From a virus, in the IMG/VR virus record IMGVR_UViG_3300017917_002954, positions 1 to 64,000 of that record: a stretch of 64,000 nucleotides of DNA, one strand, 5' to 3'. The position numbers were made by a program, and so were the translations under genes. Under the pieces are notes generated by a model, which was not told the DNA's origin, ran no database searches, and saw nothing but the letters and a program-made list of their open reading frames with translations. Numbering within the stretch: the first letter of the stretch is position 1; every line of letters starts with the position of its first letter. Below, in pieces: positions 41,395-49,250 of this stretch.

Positions 41395-42596
41395 AACTAC
41401 CACACGATAAATTTTGTGTACTACCGTGGATCAGCCTAGAAGCCAGCCCAATTGGCACAGTGCGTCCTTGTTGTTTGGCCGATGACGAAATAGTAGACAA
41501 CACTGGCAACAAATTCAAACTGTTGACCAGCACATTTGCTGACATACAGTCCAGCAATCACATGCAAACTCTACGACAGGAATTCCTGGATGGCAAACAA
41601 CCCAAAACTTGCCGCCGTTGTTGGGCCGAAGAAGATGCTGGACGCACCAGCAAACGCATGCACACACTCAACAGATTGAAACACATGGGCATCACACCTG
41701 ATTGGACAGCAGATGCCAAACCTCTGATGTTTTTGGATCTCAAACTGGGCAACATATGTAATTTGAAATGTCGTATCTGTGGATCATGGTCGAGCAGTCA
41801 GTTTGCAGCCGAAGAGTTGAAATTTGTAGACAACAAAAAACAATCCTTTCATTATGTCATGCTTCGTGAAGGTGCCTGGCCCAGAGAAAACAGTCAGTTC
41901 TGGACAGAATTAAACAACTCATTGGCAGACATACGCTACTTGGAATTCACCGGCGGTGAACCTTTTCTAATAGAAGAACATTTTGAGTTATTGCAAACGC
42001 TGGTCAATCAAGGTGTGGCTCATCAAGTTGAAATACACTACAACACCAATGGTACACAGTATCCTGAACATGCAGAAGAAATTTGGCAATATTTCAAACA
42101 TGTTGAAATTGCCTTTAGCATTGACGATGTGGGCAAACGATTTGAATATCAACGAAGCAATGCTGTATGGTCTGAAGTGTGTGAAAACATTGAACGATTC
42201 CGAGGCATGCGAGAACGCAATCTAAACATGACTCTGCAGGTATGTTGCACTGTTAATATTTTTAACATTATGTCTCTAGAGGCTGTGGCCAATTGGATCG
42301 ACACACAAGATTTTGATTTTGTATATTGGAATATGTTGCACGATGCGCCGTGGTTGAGCATTGCACATTTACCAGCAACAGCCAAAACCGCTATAACTCA
42401 GCATTTGAATGACAGTATGTTCCCTGTACACTACGAAGATGAAATACAAAAAATCATTGAATTTATGAACATGGGAGAGTCAACTGACGGTGTAGAATTG
42501 CTAAAAAATATACGTCAACTTGATCAGCGACGCGATCAAAATTTAAAGTTGGTTGCTCCGGAACTGGCAGAAATACTAAACTATGATCAAGGCTAG
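41391..42596 (+). CDS. Radical SAM enzyme with N-terminal twitch-like domain (5 of 6)
   Basis: CNLKCRIC, TGGEPF, YNTNGT; FCVLPW...PCC...CRRC; ATGA overlap at 41391. Confidence 0.92.
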   Translation: MKLPHDKFCVLPWISLEASPIGTVRPCCLADDEIVDNTGNKFKLLTSTFADIQSSNHMQTLRQEFLDGKQPKTCRRCWAEEDAGRTSKRMHTLNRLKHMGITPDWTADAKPLMFLDLKLGNICNLKCRICGSWSSSQFAAEELKFVDNKKQSFHYVMLREGAWPRENSQFWTELNNSLADIRYLEFTGGEPFLIEEHFELLQTLVNQGVAHQVEIHYNTNGTQYPEHAEEIWQYFKHVEIAFSIDDVGKRFEYQRSNAVWSEVCENIERFRGMRERNLNMTLQVCCTVNIFNIMSLEAVANWIDTQDFDFVYWNMLHDAPWLSIAHLPATAKTAITQHLNDSMFPVHYEDEIQKIIEFMNMGESTDGVELLKNIRQLDQRRDQNLKLVAPELAEILNYDQG

Positions 42597-43113
42597 AGAT
42601 GATCGTTCTGGCCACAATGCACTGGCTTTTGGTTGCAGTCACACATACGGCATAGGAGTAGAATCCAATGAAGCTTGGCCTTATTTGTTAAATGCCGCTA
42701 ACTTTGGACAGCCAGGTGTCAGTGCTGATTTTATAGTTCGCACAGCACCTGCTGTGATAGAAAAATATCAGCCTCAAACAATTTACATTTTATGGCCGGA
42801 CTGGACTAGATTTGAATATATACAAGACGCCAAGTATCAGCAAAGTCTAGTCACAGACAGCAATCGTGTACAGTTTATGCAAAGTCACCCCGAGTCTTGG
42901 TTGTTGTCTAATTTTCAAACACAACTAAAGAAAATGCAGGATCTTTGCAACATTCTTAACATTAGATTGGTTGGTATGACTCTAGATGATTTGATTCCAT
43001 ACATAGATCATGCTGATCGTTGGCCCGTTAGTAAGCTGGGTCATCATTACAGCCCTGAGTGGCATCAATGGGTAGCAGATATATTTAGAAAAAAACACAA
43101 TGAACAAACCTGA
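42583..43113 (+). CDS. SGNH-like protein
   Basis: AFGCSHTYG.GV...WP...NFG.PG.S...GHH. Confidence 0.55.
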   Translation: MIKARDDRSGHNALAFGCSHTYGIGVESNEAWPYLLNAANFGQPGVSADFIVRTAPAVIEKYQPQTIYILWPDWTRFEYIQDAKYQQSLVTDSNRVQFMQSHPESWLLSNFQTQLKKMQDLCNILNIRLVGMTLDDLIPYIDHADRWPVSKLGHHYSPEWHQWVADIFRKKHNEQT

Positions 43114-44392
43114 TACATTATGCATGGCACCCTGGACTCATACCTACTTGAGTCCACAAACAGAGCGACGTATGTGCTGTGCCAGCCGTGAACCTGCACA
43201 GAGTTTTCAACAGTATATTGATACCGAATCAGGCACTGGGGTATATGCACCACAGACTCTGGAAGAGTGGTGGAACGGTGAACACATGCGAAGTGTGCGT
43301 CGTAGAATGTTGGCTGGAGAAACCTTGTCAGAGTGCGATGTATGCAATAACAAACTGTTGAACACAGATGTTTATCGCGACTATTTTACACACTTGTTTC
43401 GACACAAATTGCCAGAAGTGTTTGCGTCAACCAGCGATGATGGTACAACCACAATGAAGCCTGTGAGTTGGGATTATCGTTTCTCAAACCTGTGTAATTT
43501 CAAATGTCGCATGTGCGGAGACATGTTAAGCTCAAGTTGGGAAACCGAACAACGACAACACAACATGATCAACTGGGCTGATAGCAAAAACAACTGGCAA
43601 CTTCCTGCTGTGCGTGAACAAATTACCAAATTTCAAGAGCAACAGATTGAAGCAGAGTTTGCTCAAGCAGTTGAAGAACACCGTGTGGAAGAAATATATT
43701 GGGTAGGTGGTGAGCCACTGATGTACGAACAACACTGGCGCTACATGCGTCGTATAATTGAACTAGGAGACGGAAAACAAGTATATGCAAGATACAACAC
43801 AAATCTATCGCGGGTGGACTACAAGGGTATTAATTTGTTTAGCGACATTTTGGATCATGTTCGTGATTATCAAATCTGTGCAAGTCTCGATGGCACAGGC
43901 GCAATTGGCGAATATATCCGAACAGGTCTCAACTACGAATCTTGGTTGGCCAACTACCGACAAGCTGTACAGCATCGTCGATACAGTCGCCAGTGTAGAA
44001 TTGACTTCACGCTCACCTTACCCGGATTGTTTGAAGTTGAAAATATTGTGCGCCTAGCTGAAGAAACCGACAGTGAAATCCTGGCCAAGGTAGTGTTCAG
44101 CTTCAGTCCAGACATTATATTAAGTCCATTGGCACTGCCACGAGAATTACTAGACAGCACTGTGGACAGTCTAACAACAAAAATACCTCATGGTGCATTA
44201 CGAGATACCTTATTACAATTAAAAACACGTCCAACTTTTGCAGAGCAATGGCCTGATTCTTATCAACAAGGTCTTGCACGAGGAAAACAACGTGTGCTAC
44301 AATTAGAATCTATTAGAAAGGATACAGTCACCCTTGACTCTATTTTACAACCATATCGACACATCCATGACTGGTACCAATCAATTGCTTGA
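43100..44392 (+). CDS. Radical SAM enzyme with N-terminal twitch-like domain (6 of 6)
   Basis: CNFKCRMC, VGGEPL, YNTN; LCMAPW...MCC...CDVC. Confidence 0.92.
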   Translation: MNKPDTLCMAPWTHTYLSPQTERRMCCASREPAQSFQQYIDTESGTGVYAPQTLEEWWNGEHMRSVRRRMLAGETLSECDVCNNKLLNTDVYRDYFTHLFRHKLPEVFASTSDDGTTTMKPVSWDYRFSNLCNFKCRMCGDMLSSSWETEQRQHNMINWADSKNNWQLPAVREQITKFQEQQIEAEFAQAVEEHRVEEIYWVGGEPLMYEQHWRYMRRIIELGDGKQVYARYNTNLSRVDYKGINLFSDILDHVRDYQICASLDGTGAIGEYIRTGLNYESWLANYRQAVQHRRYSRQCRIDFTLTLPGLFEVENIVRLAEETDSEILAKVVFSFSPDIILSPLALPRELLDSTVDSLTTKIPHGALRDTLLQLKTRPTFAEQWPDSYQQGLARGKQRVLQLESIRKDTVTLDSILQPYRHIHDWYQSIA

Positions 44393-45413
44393 TCAAATAA
44401 CAATCACACTGGACAATAAATTAAAAGTGCAGGTCAATGTCTACGACAGTAGTCTCAGTAGAAAATGGCTCAGTGCCTTGAATGACTTGTTGAAAAACAA
44501 CTATCATTTGGAAAAAAACTATTGCTGGTTTGGATTTGCTGATGGCCCAAGAAATGGTGCATATCTGTTGAGAGAAATCAACAACAGCATTGCTGAAATT
44601 AATCTAGCCAACATTGGCTACACCATCAACGACTACTTTACCATGGAAAACAGTGTGGATGATCAGGATGGAGTCAATCACGATCATTTCAATCAACTGC
44701 ACAGATACTTTGAAGATCTGCAAGGTGTACATGGACACATAAGTCCTTACTACACACAAGCAGATTCTCGTACTCGTTGGCATATACGACAGTTAAATCT
44801 ACTGTGTCACGAATTTGAATCATGGCAACTGAGCTGGAGAAAAAAGCACACAGCTCCAGAGTGGCAACGTCCCAGTCAACTTATGTGTTGGTTAAATGCT
44901 CCACGCTTTGAACTAACTCCAGAAGACTATGAACTATTTGGCATTGAAACTATCAATAGAAGTCTTGGTGGAGTTTATGTAGGTGTAAACAAAGCCATTG
45001 GCAAGCACCATTGGGAAGTGTTTCAAGACGAAGGCAGAGACAGTCGTGTACATGAACTGACCACTACTACGCTAAGAGCACAGACCCTGGCCGCCGGAGA
45101 CTTTGACATAGAGTGGGCCAACAATCCGGGTGAATTTCCTTGGCAGATCAAACAACTAGCAGAGTTTAGACAGTGGTTGATTGACAACAATTTTGATCCC
45201 AACGACAAGAGCTTGACCATTGGGCATCCACAAGTGGGTCAAGTGGACTTGATTGCCAGCTTTGGCACAGAAGATTACCAAGAGATTTGGAGCCAGTTAA
45301 ATACTCATTTAAATGTCACAGCAATCAAAACCAGTGATGCCAGTGCAGAATATCCGTACAACTGGACTGACCGTGATTACATAGAGCAACAAATAAAGAT
45401 ACTAGGAAACTGA
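44367..45413 (+). CDS. Hypothetical protein
   Basis: ~348-aa ORF in the operon (start uncertain); contains N.LHRYFE and LN..CHEFE motifs. Confidence 0.7.
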   Translation: MTGTNQLLDQITITLDNKLKVQVNVYDSSLSRKWLSALNDLLKNNYHLEKNYCWFGFADGPRNGAYLLREINNSIAEINLANIGYTINDYFTMENSVDDQDGVNHDHFNQLHRYFEDLQGVHGHISPYYTQADSRTRWHIRQLNLLCHEFESWQLSWRKKHTAPEWQRPSQLMCWLNAPRFELTPEDYELFGIETINRSLGGVYVGVNKAIGKHHWEVFQDEGRDSRVHELTTTTLRAQTLAAGDFDIEWANNPGEFPWQIKQLAEFRQWLIDNNFDPNDKSLTIGHPQVGQVDLIASFGTEDYQEIWSQLNTHLNVTAIKTSDASAEYPYNWTDRDYIEQQIKILGN

Positions 45414-45414
45414 T

Positions 45415-45516
45415 ATGAAATGGTTCAAACAACTATATGAGCGTGTGAAACTTGAAATACGCTACAGAAAAAAACTCAAAGAACTTCGCAAAAGAGATCC
45501 GTTTATCTATAAATGA
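45415..45516 (+). CDS. 33-aa basic peptide missing from the ORF track, coupled to the carbamoyltransferase
   Basis: MKWFKQLYERVKLEIRYRKKLKELRKRDPFIYK. It starts 1 nt after the upstream stop, has an AGGA SD-like sequence and overlaps the gene at 45513 by ATGA. Confidence 0.75.
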   Translation: MKWFKQLYERVKLEIRYRKKLKELRKRDPFIYK

Positions 45517-47009
45517 AATTACAACATATATTAGGTATCAGTGCCGGCTTTCATGATGCGGCAGCCACAGTGATTGACAGTCGCGGCGAAATTCTGTTTG
45601 CTGGACACAGTGAACGCTATAGCAAAAAGAAAAATGATGCTGACCTTTGTCCTGGCTTGATTGCTGAGTTGGTTAATTATCGCATCGAGCATGTTGCGTA
45701 TTATGAGAGACCTTGGATGAAACAACTGCGTAATCTACGTGCCGGTCAAGGTGTTGAGTGGAACAAATTGACAGTGATGCAAATACTCAAACAACAGATT
45801 GGATCTGAGTTTGGGGCATTTCCTGGAAAAATTACCTCACACAATCATCATCTCAGTCATGCGGCAGCAGGTTTTCAGACAAGTCCATACGATCGTGCCA
45901 CAGTAGTTGTGATAGATGCCATTGGTGAGTTTGATACAATATCAATCTGGGGAGCAGAATATGATCGCACAGGTCGTGCAACTTATAAAAAACTTTGGGG
46001 TCAAACATACCCGCACAGCATCGGACTGTTTTATAGTGCGATTACTAAGCGAGTTGGCCTACACCCACTAGACGAAGAATACATAACCATGGGCATGGCC
46101 GGGTGGGGTCGACCCAACTGGTATCAACGCATGTATAGAGATCTTGTTGCCAGTGTGGATGAAGTTCAATTCACACAAAATTTACACATAGGTATTGAAG
46201 AAGAATACTTGGACATGGCTACCAATGAAGATTTGGCAGCATCAGCACAATTATTGGCCGAAACCTTGATAGGTGAAGTCATGGCCCGTGCTCGTGGCCT
46301 GGGTTGGAGTCGTAATCTTGTGTACATGGGCGGTGTGGCTCTTAACTGCTTGGCCAATCGCAACTTAGGCAACTATTTTGAAAACATCTGGATCATGCCT
46401 TGCCCTGGTGATGCCGGGTCAAGTCTAGGTGCGGCTGCGTTGGCCTTGGGCAAAAAAATACATTGGCAAGATGCTTACTTGGGACACAACATTGCAGGTC
46501 CTTATCCTACCAACGCCTTGTTGGATGAGTTAGTTGTAAACAAAATAGTAGGTGTTGCCAGCGGACGTGCAGAGTTTGGTCCTCGAGCACTGGGCAATCG
46601 TAGCCTGTTGGCGGATCCACGTGGTCTAGAAATTAAGGACAAAGTAAATGACATTAAACGAAGACAAAAGTTTCGACCTTTCGCTCCAGTCATTCTTGCT
46701 GAGCATGTTCATGAGTACTTTGACATGCCTGCCGGTTGGAGTAATTCTGACTATATGCAGTGTGTCGCCCGTTGTCGCTACCCTGATCAGTATCCTGCTA
46801 TCGTTCATGTTGACGGTACTAGTCGTGTACAAACCGTACCGAAGACTAGCCGAAGCGGAATACGTGAACTCCTTGAAAAATGGTATGTGATGACCGGTTG
46901 CCCTATGTTGCTTAATACAAGTTTAAACATACGTGGCGAACCCATGGTCAATGATCGTGCGGATGCAGATCGTTTTGAACGAGAATACAGCGTCAAGGTT
47001 TGTAGCTAA
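45513..47009 (+). CDS. O-carbamoyltransferase, NodU/CmcH/TobZ family
   Basis: ILGIS..FHDAAA, HHLSHA, GGVALN, PGDAG, EFGPRALGNRS, RPFAP, HVDGTSRVQT, LNTSLN..GEP. Confidence 0.95.
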   Translation: MKLQHILGISAGFHDAAATVIDSRGEILFAGHSERYSKKKNDADLCPGLIAELVNYRIEHVAYYERPWMKQLRNLRAGQGVEWNKLTVMQILKQQIGSEFGAFPGKITSHNHHLSHAAAGFQTSPYDRATVVVIDAIGEFDTISIWGAEYDRTGRATYKKLWGQTYPHSIGLFYSAITKRVGLHPLDEEYITMGMAGWGRPNWYQRMYRDLVASVDEVQFTQNLHIGIEEEYLDMATNEDLAASAQLLAETLIGEVMARARGLGWSRNLVYMGGVALNCLANRNLGNYFENIWIMPCPGDAGSSLGAAALALGKKIHWQDAYLGHNIAGPYPTNALLDELVVNKIVGVASGRAEFGPRALGNRSLLADPRGLEIKDKVNDIKRRQKFRPFAPVILAEHVHEYFDMPAGWSNSDYMQCVARCRYPDQYPAIVHVDGTSRVQTVPKTSRSGIRELLEKWYVMTGCPMLLNTSLNIRGEPMVNDRADADRFEREYSVKVCS

Positions 47010-48165
47010 GACGTTGAATTAGCCTGTCTAGGGTGGGCTTGGTTCTTTGTATATACAACTGTTGATTGTGAATTAGATCAGGAATGCATTTCAAATACCA
47101 CAAATGCATGTCCTGATTTTTTATTTTGGCAATAGCATTTTTAACTGCAAACCATCGTTGTGTATTGTCAACAATGTTGTCGTAGCTGTTGTCAATTAAT
47201 CCATCAAACACTCGATAACCAGCATTGCGCAGAGCCTGCAAACTTCCTACAGCTCCAGCAATAACAAATGGCTGTCCAAATTTCAAACACTTGTAGGTTT
47301 TCTCAGTTAGAAAAGCTCCACCTGATTGATCTACATCAAACAATGTTTCGATTGAAATGTGGCAATAGCTTTTCAAATACAAATCAGTGTTGATCAATCT
47401 ATGATCGTTGTGAGCCGCATCGTTTGGACCATCACAAAAATATGGACCGTTGGATAAAAATTCATTGAGTCTTTGTGTCCATCCAGGTACACTGTGTATG
47501 CTGATAGGATTGTCTTCAGGTCTGTCGCCGTCGGTGACTGTGGTATTATAACTCCATTGGCTGTTTGTCAACAGACCATCTGCGTAGAGGTCACTCATTA
47601 TACTGCCACGCCACCATTTGTGTATGCGATTCAATGCTGTAAAATCATAGGGTCTAGGCAAGTCAGTCACGGGTGTATAACCTTGTCTACGATTTACATA
47701 CAGTAAAAAGTGTTCGTGATCTGGAAAGTAATAGAACTTGTCCACTTGATCGGCAGCAGTGTTGGCACTCAAAAACAAATAACAGTCTAGCGGCAATCCA
47801 TGCTTGACACAACAACTGTCAAGTCTTTGTTGTATGCGTTGGGGATTGTCACCTTCGTGATAATAAAACAGCACACGTATGTCGCCGGACTTCAAGCGAT
47901 CAATCACATTGGGCTTCATTAATTCAAAATAATCACAGTCAAAGTCGTGCCAGGCAATGGCTACAGGATACCAAGAACCGCGCGGTGCCGAGTCTACCAA
48001 GCCACTGGTCCACGTGGCTCGAGCATAGCCCAAGTACACCAATAATCTAAATGCAATGGCTCTGGGCCATGTGACGTCAAAGTCGTCGGGTCCCAGGCCT
48101 AATTTTGCTAGATTAGGATAACCCAACTCTGGGTCGCTCATGGTATCATAACAAAAATGTATCAT
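46993..48165 (-). CDS. Glycosyltransferase-like protein (GT10-like TEK motif)
   Basis: F.ALNR.H..R...ISIET...FLTEK..K.....QPF...G....L...GY..F...IDNSYD; start revised to 48165 (ATGA overlap). Confidence 0.5.
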   Translation of the reverse strand: MIHFCYDTMSDPELGYPNLAKLGLGPDDFDVTWPRAIAFRLLVYLGYARATWTSGLVDSAPRGSWYPVAIAWHDFDCDYFELMKPNVIDRLKSGDIRVLFYYHEGDNPQRIQQRLDSCCVKHGLPLDCYLFLSANTAADQVDKFYYFPDHEHFLLYVNRRQGYTPVTDLPRPYDFTALNRIHKWWRGSIMSDLYADGLLTNSQWSYNTTVTDGDRPEDNPISIHSVPGWTQRLNEFLSNGPYFCDGPNDAAHNDHRLINTDLYLKSYCHISIETLFDVDQSGGAFLTEKTYKCLKFGQPFVIAGAVGSLQALRNAGYRVFDGLIDNSYDNIVDNTQRWFAVKNAIAKIKNQDMHLWYLKCIPDLIHNQQLYIQRTKPTLDRLIQRLSYKP

Positions 48166-49250
48166 GATTGTAATCCTTTGAGCATGTTTAATAGTTCTGG
48201 CCAAAGTATGTTGGTTAATCCGCCGTGATAGAAATGATTATAGTTGTGCTCTACAATAGGCAAACAGGCTTGATGTATTTGTTGTCGTTCTTTCACTGTG
48301 AGATTGTCTAGGTCTTTTAAAAGTTTAGCAACAAGTTCTATTCGTTTGATATCGTCGGTTTCTTCATCATAACTTTCGTCAAACACACTGCTAAATGTTT
48401 GGAATCCATATTCGCGCATGTATTCTAAACTGTGTGCCGGTGCCACTAGAACAAAAGGCATTTCTAGAGCAATGGCTTTGAATGTTTTTTCGGTGATGTG
48501 TTGTCTACGACCAAAATACACAGTTTCAGTTGGAACATAAACCAAACTATCCTGGGCTTCTTTAAAATTGGTCAGCCAACAACTGGCCATCTCTTGTTGA
48601 TCTTCGCCCTCAAACAATCTGGGCAAGTCAGCACAATCAAACACATCGGTGATGTCCTGGTATACATTGATATACTTTTGTGCTATACTAGATATATCTA
48701 CATTTTCATATTGGCACATTTTAGGTGCACTGATATGATTGTGTTCTAACTTGCTTTTGAATATGTTATAAAGAAACAATACTCGATGATCACGCTTGCC
48801 AGCCACAATTCGATTGGGACTCATAAATGTTTGAGTGGGCTCACGATCTCGGGCACGTGGAATTAAAAATGCTTTGTCGTAGCCACGAAACCAATCCTGA
48901 CAGGCCCAACCGTGATAGAAATAGTAATGTGATTGCCAACCGTATTGATTGCACATTTCCTCAACATATTGACCACGTTCACTTACAACAACATGTCCAC
49001 GTGGATCAGTCATATCCTTGTTTCGTTTTATTACATCATCAAACAAAGGTTGATGAAGATCCATCCACACTGGTTCCTGGTCATGAAAGAACACATAGTC
49101 AGTTTCTATGATATCATCACAGCCTAGATTAAATAATGCATCTGGATCAGTTCTTCCTGGTGGATCACAAAAAAACATTCTTGTACCAGGCACGTTTTTA
49201 CCAAGCCAAGGCCAAAATGTATGGTTGTAAATTTCATCTATTCTAATCAT
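48162..49250 (-). CDS. Glycosyltransferase-like protein (GT10-like TEK motif)
   Basis: FMSPNR...R.HR...VPTET...HITEK.FK.....MPF......YGFQTF...FDESYD. Confidence 0.5.
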   Translation of the reverse strand: MIRIDEIYNHTFWPWLGKNVPGTRMFFCDPPGRTDPDALFNLGCDDIIETDYVFFHDQEPVWMDLHQPLFDDVIKRNKDMTDPRGHVVVSERGQYVEEMCNQYGWQSHYYFYHGWACQDWFRGYDKAFLIPRARDREPTQTFMSPNRIVAGKRDHRVLFLYNIFKSKLEHNHISAPKMCQYENVDISSIAQKYINVYQDITDVFDCADLPRLFEGEDQQEMASCWLTNFKEAQDSLVYVPTETVYFGRRQHITEKTFKAIALEMPFVLVAPAHSLEYMREYGFQTFSSVFDESYDEETDDIKRIELVAKLLKDLDNLTVKERQQIHQACLPIVEHNYNHFYHGGLTNILWPELLNMLKGLQS

